Assembly: GCA_965112735.1 (NCBI GenBank)
Contig: OZ218951.1
Coordinates: 2,232,001-2,296,000, forward strand
Direction of reading: 5' to 3'
DNA from: Phaeosaccion multiseriatum
Lineage: Eukaryota > Protista > Ochrophyta, other classes
DNA length: 64,000 nt
Shown: positions 1 through 12,217 of the stretch, one piece after another
How positions within the stretch are numbered: the first letter of the stretch is position 1
Layout: the number at the start of each line of letters is the position of its first letter
Position numbers and translations under genes: made by a program
Notes under the pieces: generated by a model
The model's database searches: none
Seen by the model: the letters and a program-made list of their open reading frames with translations, nothing else
What the model was told of the DNA's origin: nothing

Positions 1-149
1 CTTGTAAGGCGACTCGCACGCGGAGAGCATTCTCACTCCAAGCCAGAACAAACTGCTGATCCAAATCTATGAGGCAAGATCCCATGCCTTGGATCGCAGG
101 AGGGGGGGAGTTCCGTTGCTTGGGGCGAGGGGGCAGCGGCAGCAAGGCT

Positions 150-227
150 GTGTTGAGTGCGGACAGACGCGACCGCGCAGCTGCTGCCTAGATGAGCGGT
201 GCCTGCCTTTTGCCTCCACACGAGCAC
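150..227 (+). repeat. Direct-repeat copy of the 5' flank of the ankyrin pseudogene (second copy ~2410-2487)
   Basis: Near-identical GTTGAGTGC.GACAGAC..G.CCGCGCAGC.GCTGCCTAGATGAGCGGTGCCTG..TTTTGCCTC..ACACGAGCAC at both positions. Confidence 0.8.
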
Positions 228-698
228 GACCCCCGCCTAGGACCTGGCGTTCACCTTTTATCATTGTGTGTTTATCAAGGCAGTACCCTTCTAAGCTACG
301 ACTACGACTACATGCGGGCACAGCAAGCCCTCGGCCTCGGTCCATCGGGATTACACTCTCCCCCCTTCAAACGAATTGACCTTCCCTCTCCCCCACCCCC
401 TCAAGCCATACACTTCACCCATTGATCCCGTAAGCTACACACGTGACTCCCCTCCCCCCCCGACCCCCTACCTCCTGTGCTCCGCTCCTCTCTGCGACAG
501 AGGATCGCAATCACTTCACCGCTGTTACACCAAGCCAGTGTGCCGTGGGCAGTCTCTCTCGCGCATCACATCCTGATGTACAGGCTCACTCGCATGGGCG
601 GCATGACTGGTGCAACTGAGCAGCTGGAGCGGTACTCTTTCGTTGCCAAAGTCGTCGCTGCCCTACCAGCCCCCACCCCGCACATCCCTCCTGCTCGT

Positions 699-2215
699 TC
701 AGCCCATCTCCTCCGCCATGCTCTCCCACGTCTCGCTCTGCACCCCCCCGGGCCTCTCCAGCGGCAGGATTCCGCTCTCCTTGCCGAAGGTCTTATCCGT
801 CCTTCGCATGAGGTCCAGCGCGGTTTGGGACCGGAAGAAGGCTGCTGCTGCCTCCATAAGTCGCTGCTCGATGCCGAGGCCGAACTGACACCGCCGTGCC
901 CCAGCCAACGCCTTGTCCACCGAAGCACCGGCCGAGAGGAGCTGCCGCACAATGCTGTGCTGATCACTGCAGATAGCGGCAACCAGCGGGGAAGGGACGT
1001 TTACTCTTGAGGCATCCACGGGGGATCCCACAGAGATGAGACGAGCGACGACGGCCTCGTGCCCATTCAGCGCGGCAAGTTCGAGGGGTGTTGCGCCATT
1101 GTTGGCCCCTTTGTCCACCTGTGCTCCCGCACAGAGAAGCTTCTCCACCACGGCGTCGTGTCCATCTTGAGAGGCGATATGAAGAGCAGTGAAACCTTCG
1201 GGGTCAGCCTTGTCGATGGGGGGTCCCGCAGAGATCAGACGAGCGACGACGGCCTCGTGCCCATTCTGCGCGGCAAGGATGAGGGGTGAATTGCCGGTGG
1301 TGGTCCATTTGTCTACCTGTGCTCCCGCACAGAGAAGCTTCTCCACCACGGCGTCGTGTCCATATTGAGAGGCAAGGTGAAGAGCAGTGAAACCTTCGTG
1401 GTCAGCCTTGTCGATGATGGCGTGAGCCCTGATGAGCTGCTGTACAATTCCCGCACGCCCATAGGTCGATGCCTGCAGAAGCGGAGTAGCCCCGAGATTA
1501 TCTGCGTGGTTCACATCCGCTTGGGCTGAGATGAGGAGCCTTACAACAGAGCCATGCCCGTTGTGAGCGGCCATCCAAATCGGAGAAAACCCCTGCTTCT
1601 CCGCCAAGTCGACACTAGCGCGCGCCGAAAGCAGCCGCTGCACTATCGTGGAGTGCCCTCTACCTGAGGCTGCCATCAAGGGAGTAACTCCTGCGTCATT
1701 CGCTTCGTCGAAAGGGGCTCCAATGACCAACAGCCGCCTCACCACCTGATCGTGTCCGTTGCCGGCAGCGCATATCAACGCCGTGTCTCCAAAGGGCCCG
1801 CCTCTGGTTCTGAAGGAGGCCCCTTCCCGCAACAGAAGGTCCACGACATCCAGTCGACCGTATCTTGAAGCGCAGAGTGCAGACGAATAGCCCTCTTCAT
1901 CGATAGGCTGATCCAAACTCGCTTTGCCGTGCTTGGCGATGAGCTTCCCAATCAGCGCTCTCACAGTGAGGAAGCTATCTCCCCTTGCCAGAGCCTGTCC
2001 GAGTCGCCGCGCCTGGTGTTGTGGAGGGAAAGGAGTTAAGGGGGGAGAGGGCGCATAAACCGGACAAAAAGGGATCAACGGAGAGCGGCTCATAGGTCGA
2101 CACGCGAGCTTCGCAGCTTCATACCCATCTCTCCTATTTTTTAAAATGATACCACCTTATCGGAGGCAGGACGCTACATCCGTACCTCGGGCGTTAAAGT
2201 TGCCTGCTGCGCCAT
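699..2215 (-). CDS. Ankyrin-repeat protein (~10 ANK repeats), 2 exons: 2215-2186, 2012-699
   Basis: The ORF has repeated G-x-T-[PA]-L-xx-A-xxx-G-H ankyrin motifs. A short first exon (MAQQATLTPE, GAG|GTACGG donor) joins in phase 0 to the CAG|GCG acceptor at 2012. Confidence 0.85.
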
Positions 2216-2528
2216 GGTGAGCAAGCGGCCCCGCCCTTGAGAGGGTGCTGCTGACTAGGAAGCTACAGAAGGCTCTGCTTTTGTTTGTTGTGCTTGCTTT
2301 TTCTGTGTGGAGTTTATTACGTGACTTAACCTTACGTATGTGGAGTAGTTTCGGGCGTATGTACAGTAGTTGGTTTGGTGATAGGGGGGTTCACAGATGC
2401 CGATGGCTGTGTTGAGTGCTGACAGACACGTCCGCGCAGCCGCTGCCTAGATGAGCGGTGCCTGTCTTTTGCCTCTTACACGAGCACAGCACCCTTCTCT
2501 CCCCTCTCTCTTTCTGCCTTGCTCAACC

Positions 2529-4131
2529 ATGCAAAGGACCCTCAGCACTGACAGTAACTCGCTCGGTCCATGCGTGCCCCCCTCCTGCTCTCGCGCTGTT
2601 GCTTATTCCCCTCGTGGCAGACCACCCGCCTGAAGGAAGCCATCACCAATGGCCAGAGCGTCAAAAAGGTGAAAGGGCCGGTGAGAGCCCTCGTCACTAC
2701 AAACGGAGGGAGGAAGGCGTGCTTGGACGAGCCCCTCGATGAGAGAGGGTGGCTTGCCCTACCCGCAGCTATACATGAAGGGGGGGGGGGGGGGTAAGAG
2801 GGAGCGTCGGTGAATGCTGCAAATCGTGTGTGCGGGTTGACTGCGTTAATGGGTACATGTACGGTAAAGGATGCTGCTGCTATTGTACCACAGCTTCTCT
2901 ATGCTGGTGCGGATGTCAATGCAGTAACGATGGAGGGAAGCACGGCTCTCATGACGGCCTCCTCGGAGGGGGCCGTTGTGGTGTTGCCCAAGCTGCTCTC
3001 CGCCGGTGCCAGCTTGGACTGGGTTGACAGTGAAGGTTCCACGGCGTTGACCCTTTCGGCACAGGACGGCCATCATGCAGTGGTGCAGCAGCTGCTAACT
3101 GCAGGTGCAGAGGTGGACCGTGTAGGTATGAGAGGGAAGACGGCGCTCCGTTATGCCTGTCTTGGAGGACATAAAAGGGTGGTCCAGCAGCTGCTCAAGG
3201 ACGGTGCGTAAGACATTCCGTAGGCTTTACGCCGTTGGTATTGGTCTCCCATGGAGGACATCTTGCGGTGGTGCAGCAGCTGCTGTCGGCCGGCGCTGAT
3301 CCCAACCACTTTGATGACAGAAATGTTTGGGGCCGCACCCCCTTGACGATGGCCACACGAAACGGACACCACAGGGTCACGCAGCTGCTCCTCATCTCCG
3401 TGGCAGAGGCGAATTTAGGAGGCCGCAGCCAATGGGATGCGCTCTATCTTATCTTGCAAGCCAACATGGACATGGCATTGTGGTGGATCAGCTCCTCGCA
3501 GCCGGCGCGAAACTCGAACGCCGCAATGGTGAGGAGGGGAGAAGTGCGTTGATGGGAGCGTCTATGGAAGGGCACAGAAGTATTGTGCGAAAGCTGCTCA
3601 GGGCGGGTGCAGAGTTGAATGCCGTGGGTGGCGACGGGTGGGGGGCGATACCAGTTGGCATCTCATGGAGGTCATGCTCGTGTTGTGGAGGAGCTCATCT
3701 CAGCAGGCGCCGATGTGGAAATGCTGACTAGGGTGGGGGGTACGCCTTTGTTGCTGGCTGCTGCGTTTGGTCATGGGGCAGTGATTCATGAGCTCCTGTC
3801 TGCAGGGGCTGATCCTGACAATGAGGGCAGTGTCAGCAGCGGAACGGCCTTGTTTTGTGCAGCATTGAATGGCCACAGCGGGGCGGCGCTGGAGCTGCTC
3901 TCAGGAGGGGCCTCACTGACAAAGGCTCTGACCAAAGCGCGAGAGGATCGCGATGAAGCCCGTATTGTAGAATTCCTCCTGACCGCCGACAGGCAGCACT
4001 TTGCGTCACAAAGCGCGCTGGACCTGATGCGGGACTTTGACCCTGTCTTTGGCAAGGAAGGGGGGCTGAAGGTGTCCCAGAGAGAGATTGGCCCTGACGT
4101 GCTGCAGGAGGTGGCGGAGGAGATGGCATGA
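2529..4131 (+). pseudogene. Ankyrin-repeat paralog of the upstream gene, disrupted by frameshifts and stops
   Basis: ANK repeats are spread over several frames (ORFs 2570-2797, 2810-3211, 3235-3552, 3327-3731, 3619-4131), with in-frame TAA codons at ~2795 and 3209. It shares N-terminal LDEPLDE.G and C-terminal F.SQ.ALDLMR..D..FGKE.G...[MV]AEEM motifs with the 699-2215 gene. Confidence 0.7.
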
Positions 4132-4514
4132 TGAAAGCGGCACCTCTCGCCTGCGGTTTGGCCAGGGCGTTGAGAAGGAAGGGGACGAAAATGGCCCTCG
4201 TCAGACTTGCAGAGGCAGTGTTGATGGGGTGGAGCAGAGGTCAGCGTGAGAGGCTGTGGGGTAGGTAGGAGGATGAAGGAGAGAGAGACGTCCAAGGAGG
4301 TTGGTGTGAGTGTAGGTGGTAATAACGTAAGAACAAGCTGCTTCACCACCCCTCCTCCTATCTTCTTTTCCCCTTCCCCCTTCCATCCCCAGCCCCTACG
4401 CACCCCTCACCCACTCACATAAACACGCACGCTTTCCAGCACTCACTCACCCACTCCTCACTCACTCACTCACGCGGGACACACGGACGCACGCACTCGC
4501 ACGCTCGCATGCAC

Positions 4515-7500
4515 GCACTCACTCATTCACTTCCTCACTCCCTCCTCCGTCTCTCCCTCTTCCCTCCCTCTCTCCCTTCCTCCTTCCTCCCTCCCTCCCT
4601 TCCTTCCCTCCCTCCCGCCCTCCCTCCCTCCCTCCATCACTCACTCACTCACTCATTCACTCACTCACTCACTCACTCACTCACTCAATCACTCACTCAC
4701 TCACTCACACACTCACTCACTCACTCACTCACTCACTCACTCACTCACTCACTCACTCACTCATTCATTCACTCATTCACTCACTCACTCCCCTCTCTCC
4801 CTCCCTCCCCCCCCCCCTCCATCCCTCCCTCCCTCCCTCCCTCCCTCCCTCCCTCCCTCCCTCCCTCCCTCCCTCCCTCCCTCCCTCACCTACTCACCCA
4901 CTCCCCTCCCTCCCTTCCTCCCACCCTCCCTCCGTCACGCTTTTACTCCCTCAATCCCTCACTTCCTGGCAGACCTCCCTCACTCCCTCAGTCCCTCGCC
5001 CACCCAATCACTCCCGCACGCACGCACTCATTCTCACTCACGCACGCACGCACGCACCCAAGCCCTCACTCACTCCCCACCCTCACTACTCACCCCTCCC
5101 TCACTCACGCAGCACTCCATCCTTCCCTCACCCACCCCCTCACTCCCTCAGTCATCCCCCTCACTCCCTCACTCCGGCTCCATCCCCACTATAGGCCCAG
5201 AGGTGTCACTCACTCATTCACTCCCTCACTCCCTCCTCCGTCTCTCCCTCCCTCCCTCCCTCCCTCCCTCCATCCATCCCTCCCTCCCTCCCTCCCTCCC
5301 TCCCTCCCTCCCTCCCTCCCTCCCTCCCTCCCTCCCTCCCTCCCTCCCTCCCTCCCTCCCTCCCTCCCTCCCTCCCTCCCTCCCTCCCTCCCTCCCTCCC
5401 TCCCTCCCTCCCTCCCTCCCTCCCTCCCTCCCTCCCTCCCTCCCTCCCTCCCTCCCTCCCTCCCTCCCTCCCTCCCTCCCTCCCTCCCTCCCTCCCTCCC
5501 TCCCTCCCTCCCTCCCTCCCTCCCTCCCTCCCTCCCTCCCTCCCTCCCTCCCTCCCTCCCTCCCTCCCTCCCTCCCTCCCTCCCTCCCTCCCTCCCTCCC
5601 TCCCTCCCTCCCTCCCTCCCTCCCTCCCTCCCTCCCTCCCTCCCTCCCTCCCTCCCTCCCTCCCTCCCTCCCTCCCTCCCTCCCTCCCTCCCTCCCTCCC
5701 TCCCTCCCTCCCTCCCTCCCTCCCTCCCTCCCTCCCTCCCTCCCTCCCTCCCTCCCTCCCTCCCTCCCTCCCTCCCTCCCTCCCTCCCTCCCTCCCTCCC
5801 TCCCTCCCTCCCTCCCTCCCTCCCTCCCTCCCTCCCTCCCTCCCTCCCTCCCTCCCTCCCTCCCTCCCTCCCTCCCTCCCTCCCTCCCTCCCTCCCTCCC
5901 TCCCTCCCTCCCTCCCTCCCTCCCTCCCTCCCTCCCTCCCTCCCTCCCTCCCTCCCTCCCTCCCTCCCTCCCTCCCTCCCTCCCTCCCTCCCTCCCTCCC
6001 TCCCTCCCTCCCTCCCTCCCTCCCTCCCTCCCTCCCTCCCTCCCTCCCTCCCTCCCTCCCTCCCTCCCTCCCTCCCTCCCTCCCTCCCTCCCTCCCTCCC
6101 TCCCTCCCTCCCTCCCTCCCTCCCTCCCTCCCTCCCTCCCTCCCTCCCTCCCTCCCTCCCTCCCTCCCTCCCTCCCTCCCTCCCTCCCTCCCTCCCTCCC
6201 TCCCTCCCTCCCTCCCTCCCTCCCTCCCTCCCTCCCTCCCTCCCTCCCTCCCTCCCTCCCTCCCTCCCTCCCTCCCTCCCTCCCTCCCTCCCTCCCTCCC
6301 TCCCTCCCTCCCTCCCTCCCTCCCTCCCTCCCTCCCTCCCTCCCTCCCTCCCTCCCTCCCTCCCTCCCTCCCTCCCTCCCTCCCTCCCTCCCTCCCTCCC
6401 TCCCTCCCTCCCTCCCTCCCTCCCTCCCTCCCTCCCTCCCTCCCTCCCTCCCTCCCTCCCTCCCTCCCTCCCTCCCTCCCTCCCTCCCTCCCTCCCTCCC
6501 TCCCTCCCTCCCTCCCTCCCTCCCTCCCTCCCTCCCTCCCTCCCTCCCTCCCTCCCTCCCTCCCTCCCTCCCTCCCTCCCTCCCTCCCTCCCTCCCTCCC
6601 TCCCTCCCTCCCTCCCTCCCTCCCTCCCTCCCTCCCTCCCTCCCTCCCTCCCTCCCTCCCTCCCTCCCTCCCTCCCTCCCTCCCTCCCTCCCTCCCTCCC
6701 TCCCTCCCTCCCTCCCTCCCTCCCTCCCTCCCTCCCTCCCTCCCTCCCTCCCTCCCTCCCTCCCTCCCTCCCTCCCTCCCTCCCTCCCTCCCTCCCTCCC
6801 TCCCTCCCTCCCTCCCTCCCTCCCTCCCTCCCTCCCTCCCTCCCTCCCTCCCTCCCTCCCTCCCTCCCTCCCTCCCTCCCTCCCTCCCTCCCTCCCTCCC
6901 TCCCTCCCTCCCTCCCTCCCTCCCTCCCTCCCTCCCTCCCTCCCTCCCTCCCTCCCTCCCTCCCTCCCTCCCTCCCTCCCTCCCTCCCTCCCTCCCTCCC
7001 TCCCTCCCTCCCTCCCTCCCTCCCTCCCTCCCTCCCTCCCTCCCTCCCTCCCTCCCTCCCTCCCTCCCGCCCTCCCTCCCTCCCTCCCTCCCTCCCTCCC
7101 TCCCTCCCTCCCTCCCTCCCTCCCTCCCTCCCTCCCTCCCTCCCTCCCTCCCTCCCTCCGAGGGAGGGAGGGTTCGGAAAGAGAGATGGAAGCACTGGCA
7201 AGCGTAGACGGAAGGAGAGCCGGGAGACGGGAAAAAGGCTTGGTGAAAAACCGAGTAAATTACTTACGGAGGAAAGATCTCCTGCTGTGAAAAGACTATC
7301 GCACGTGAAGAGTCCGACACGTGCGCACTATGACCACGTGGAGCCTATGGGCAGACAGAGCTCAGTAGCTTTATACCCATCGCACCCCTATCATACGGAA
7401 TGCTCTGAGTAGATTACACTTTTTTTTTCTCACACACACACACTATGATACCTACCTCCCTCCCTCCCTCCCTCCCTCCCTCCCTCCCTCCCTCCCTCCC

Positions 7501-7720
7501 TCCCTCCCTCCCTCCCTCCATCCCCCCCTCCCCGCCTTCATCCCTTCCTCTCCCCCCCCCTCACTCACTCACCCACTCCCCTCCCTCCCTCCCTCCCACC
7601 CTCCCTCCGTCACGCTTTTACTTCCTCACTCCCTCACTTCCTGGCAGACCCCCCTCACTCCCTCAGTCCCTCGCCTACCCAATCACTCCCGCACGCACTC
7701 ACTCTCACTCACGCACGCAC
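4515..7720. repeat. Tandem duplication of a low-complexity (CCCT/CACT) segment
   Basis: Unique anchors recur: CACTCCCTCCTCCGTCTCTCCCTC at ~4535 and ~5227, and CCGTCACGCTTTTAC...CTTCCTGGCAGACC...CCCAATCACTCCCGCACGCAC at ~4930-5025 and ~7605-7700. Confidence 0.75.
5240..7159. repeat. Nearly perfect (CCCT)n tetranucleotide tract, ~1.9 kb
   Basis: Directly visible. It generates the spurious PPSL and GREG ORFs. Confidence 0.97.
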
Positions 7721-8109
7721 GCCCGCAAAAGGTAAGGAAAGGCTAAGGAAGGTACTGCGTCATTTGCTCGCTACACATGCTAAGATCCCCCTCCTCCCCC
7801 TCACATCATGTTCTCTTCAACTCGCGGTCCGTACCGGCCTGACCCTCCGCCTCCTTCCCCCCAAATCTCTGCAGCTCATCACTTCCGCCTCTTTTGCAAG
7901 GCAGCGCAGCAGTGTATTTGGCATTACCCCGGATGCGTGGCAACCGTGTGGAGCAGCGGCAGTGCGCGTACCATCGTGATTTGACGAAGCCGTACATTGA
8001 TGGTGTGAGCGAGACACCAACTGGATTGCCAGACGACTTGCTTGCTTCGCCCGCTTTCACATCCGATGGTGCTCACCACAGTGGGCCACGAGCGCACTAC
8101 AGGAGAGGC

Positions 8110-8468
8110 GTAGTATAGAGCTGGGTGATGTCAGCGAAGGCAAGGTCCCGAGACTGGCACGAATAGTCAAGTGCCGTTGGTGCATTAAGGCAACGGGACT
8201 CCCTCTGCGGAGAGAATACAATGTTCCACATGTTCGCTGGGCTGTGGCTGAAGGCGGCACGTTTGAGACCTGGGAGTGGGCGGAATGGCTGTTGGCGCGG
8301 GGACATGCTCAGGCCTTCGAGGAGGTCGAGGAGGCCTTTCCCCATACCGCCCTTGACCCGAGTGTCAACGTTAAGAGGGGGGGGCACCGGTCGAAGCCCG
8401 AGAGCACGATTCGACTGCGGCAACACGCGAAGAGGGGCAGAGGGCTGGCGCAAGAGATGCAGTTCTAA
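8110..8468 (+). other. Possible coding remnant of unknown function
   Basis: An open frame IELGDVSEGK...VRWAVAEGG...WLLARGH...EMQF* of normal complexity lies between microsatellites. No start codon or upstream exon could be assigned. Confidence 0.25.
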
Positions 8469-8756
8469 CCCTCGCACCTTGGATTCTGAAGCAGGGCAAA
8501 ACTTCTGAGGAAAGGCGGGGAGCATGAGGAAGGGGAATGTTGTAAGGTGGGGATCCAATCAGCAGTAGTGTAAACGGCCGAGGGAAACGGTCTGAACGAC
8601 AAATCTGTAATAAAGGAAGGAAGCGCAGCCTGCTTATCCCTCTTCCGGGTGCTTGCTTAAGCTTCAGTCTGGCTTACAGTCTAGCTGTCGGTAGTTTCGA
8701 CACGTACTTCCCTCTGAGGGAACTAGCAGACCCGTGGAAGCGAGGCCTTGCCTCTA

Positions 8757-8857
<101 letters not shown>

Positions 8858-8859
8858 CC

Positions 8860-10618
8860 TCAGGACGGGCGTTGTAGTCCCTCGGCCTCCTGCTGCAAAA
8901 TGGCTGCCAGGCGGTCCACCTCTTCCTCCGTATTAAAGTAGTGCACCGAGGCCCTAGCGAAACTGACGTCAGCGAGGCCCCTCCCTGCCGCGTCAAGAAC
9001 GGTGCTTGTGGGAGCAGACACGGACACGAAGCAACGGTGGTGGTCCCGAAGCCTTGCGGCGAGCGTTTCCGCGGGGACGCTGCTCATCGTAAAGCTCACC
9101 AGCCCTGACATGCGCGGGCCGAGGTCTCTGCAAACGACGAGGCCTCCACCACCAGTCCCTCCGGAGGTTCCGCCGCCCCCGCTCCCGGGGCTGCCCACCT
9201 GGCCCCTCCCAATGGCGCCAATCTTGCGTCGAAGTCTGTCCGCCAGGCCGACGACACGCGCCTCAATGTTGGGCATTCCCAAGTCCTGGGCATACCGGAT
9301 GGCCGCCCCCAGGCCAAGCTGGTTGGCAACGCTCTTCTCCCAGAACTCAAAGCGCCGAGCACCCGGCCTAAGCTCGTAGCGGTCCACAGCGAGGCAGGGC
9401 GCTCCATAGTGATCAATCATGGGCGGCTCGCCAAGGGCCTCGAGAGAAGAGGCACGGACGTAGAGGAAGCCGGTGCCTCTAGGCCCTCGCAGATACTTGC
9501 GGCCTGTTGCCGTGAGGACATCGCACAGTATGTCCTGAACATTAACGTCGAGCTGCCCGCAGCTTTGGCACGCATCGAGGATGTAGAAGACGCCGTACTT
9601 TCGGCACAGCTCCCCCACCTCCTCTGCAGGATTCACCAGGCCTCCGTTGGTTGGGATGTGCGTGAGGCAGCAAACCTGAGGGGCGCAAGTGGGGGAGGGG
9701 GAAGAAGGGCATCTTGTGAGAGGGAGGGGTGGTGGGGGGAGCGGACAAGGAGAGACCGTGAAAGGAAATTATTGCGGTGGGCCCCGAAAGCCTCGAGCTG
9801 GGACTGACAGAGTTAATGGAATGCCTGGGACTCACTTTTGCTGTCCCACTCTGCAGCTTGCGCTCCAGGCTAAGCAGATCGAGCTCCCCCTCCTGTGTGG
9901 ACGGCACCACGTCGACCTCAGCCCCAGTCCGCTTGGCCACTTGCAGCATCGCCACGTAGTTCGCCGCGTACTCGGCGGGCGTGGTGAGAATGACATCACC
10001 CGGCTGCAGAGCAGCGGCAGCAGCGAATGCGTAGAATGCCTTTGCCCACGCCATGGTGGCGCTCTCCACCAAGGCAACCTCCGTCCTGCCGTCGCCGGCG
10101 CCGATGAGCTCGGCCACGGTGTCATACACTTCCTCGAGCTCTTCTTGAACTTGTCGAGCTGCCTCATACCCGCCCACGGTCGCCTCGAGGCGAAGGTGGG
10201 TCTCTATACGTTCGAGGACCGGCCTCGGCATGGGGCTGTCCCCTGCGGCGTTAAAGTGCAGGTACTCCACAGACAACATGTCGCCTCTCACACGATCAAC
10301 ATCTATGGTGACACCTCTCTGATCCATCACGCCTTTGCGTTCATTATATATACTGCCTCTCCTGTGGCTCGTATTTGGTTTGCTGCTGTCCAAAGGCCTC
10401 CGAGTGCTATGGAACCTGCGAGCTCCGTTGATACCGACCAGCACTCTACGCGCACGGCACTGCTGCCGCTGCTGTTGCTCCCTGTGTGCAGCTCCAAACG
10501 AAACCCCCAGGGGCTGGAGGGCCTTGCTTGGATAGAGGCAGTTGCCGATGAGGGACAGGAGGATGAGAGGCCCCGTTCTCCTCTGGTTCCTTCTCCTCCT
10601 CTCTCTACTATCCACCAT
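8860..10618 (-). CDS. PLP-dependent class-V aminotransferase-fold enzyme (EgtE/cysteine desulfurase-like C-S lyase) with N-terminal targeting extension; exons 10618-9836, 9675-8860
   Basis: Motifs HFNAAG..PMP, LEATVGGYEAA, HIPTNGGLVNP, LDACQS.G, ATGRKYLRGPRGTGFLY (PLP lysine) and RASVHYFNTEEEV. The GT..AG intron 9835-9676 joins the two ORFs in phase 0. Confidence 0.9.
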
Positions 10619-12172
10619 CGCTTAGAGTGCATCAACTCCACCTACAAATCGAGCGCCATGGATGCCTTCAAGGAGTGGAGAGGCCTTAAAGGAGCGGAGA
10701 GGTGATAGAAGAAGAACAATATGTCAGGGGGAACAACTCACCATAGTTGGTAATGGAGCGTCGCGTCTGTGTAAATGGACATCTCATCACGTCTCACCTT
10801 TGCAAGTGTGACTACGCAGCTTCGCAGCACACCTCAATCAGACCAGAGCGAGGACTGAGCGGTCTGTGTCTCAAAAGCCAGAGCGTGGCTGGATTCTTCA
10901 CCATGGTTGACGAGGAGACGCCGCAAAAAAGACAAACGTCTCCCCACGCAAAAGTGTTGCTCTGGAGAACGGGGTGGAAGGCTATGACCCTTGCGGGGGA
11001 GGAGTAATTCGTCTTGGTCGCTGGGCTGAGCAAGGATTTGAGGAGACTTTGCAGATTTCCGCTTTCGAGATCATATTTCGTCACAGCATGCTGGAGAGCC
11101 CCAGCTGGGTCATCGGACAGAGCTGTCTGCCTGTTGAGGTGTAAGACGTCCAGAGGTTCCGCCAGGTATGGAGATGCGGGCGTCTGGCAAGCCCTCCATC
11201 GCCACGACTGTCCATGGAGCGAACGAGTGGAGGGTGGGCGAGTAGCTATGTCAATCAGACGAAAAGAAGGCCGAGCACGCGCCTGGGCATTCTTAAGTGA
11301 CGTAGCTCTGCTCCAACCTGCCGACGAAGAAAGAATTGGGTTTAGTGCGAAGCCTCACTCTGAGGGGGTGTAGGCACGGCTGCTCACATGGCTGTTCCGC
11401 TGTTCGGATGAGGCGAATGCCCAGCACCCCGTCCAGTGTTTGTTTTACTTGGGAAGTGATTGGGGGTGGGGGACATGTGTTGCTACGAATGCTTCTGACA
11501 GAGTCGGGGCGGATGTGTTGTTTTTGTGGCTGCCTCACATGCCACAGGCCTGAGGAGGGTGCGGCAGCAGCGATGCGGGAGGAGGTTCATGTGTCTATGG
11601 GACAGGTACTCAAGCCTGGAGGTGTTCCTTTCAGCGGCACCAGCAGGCGCACTGCCACACGTAGGTGGGCGAGGCTCTGGCTGAGTCTTCAGGACAGTGT
11701 CACAGAGCGAAGCCATGCCACAGGCGACACAAAGTTGTCAAGAGCGAGTCGACCTGTTCCACACTGAGTCGAGCAACGCGGAGCTGGAGCGAAGCGAGCG
11801 AGAGATGGGGGGACGAGGATCACGCGGACGGGCAAGCAGCTCAGTCTCCATGGGGTGCGGTTCTCACTCGACTCCGACGGGAGGAGGTGATGTTTTCATG
11901 GCAGCTAGCTTGTGGATATCATGTTGGAATCGATAAAGCACTTACCACACACCCCACGACCTTGTCGCCGTGACCAGCGGAGAGCCGCGAAGCTTTTTTT
12001 TTAACAATTGTAATTCATGCTTTTTGTGGTTGCAGCAGGCCAATCATCGAAAGGTCTTTTTTTTTTTTTCCATTCAGCTGTTCACTACTGTACCACAGCA
12101 GGCCCGCCGCGCGTGTATCACTACGCTATTCTGCCCGTTGTGCTGCTCCTCCTCCTTCTTCTTCGCCACAAA

Positions 12173-12217
<45 letters not shown>

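Noticed and set aside
560-701. TGA readthrough or selenocysteine at the end of the ankyrin genes
   Set aside because: Further stops follow within a few codons, the downstream sequence is not conserved between the paralogs, and I could not identify a SECIS.
4509-7412. 967-aa, 695-aa and 663-aa PPSL/GREG repeat ORFs
   Set aside because: These are translations of the (CCCT)n microsatellite, which has no stop codon in any frame. There is no other coding evidence.
10700-12000. Several 80-140 aa ORFs on both strands
   Set aside because: No recognisable motifs and no coherent exon chain.
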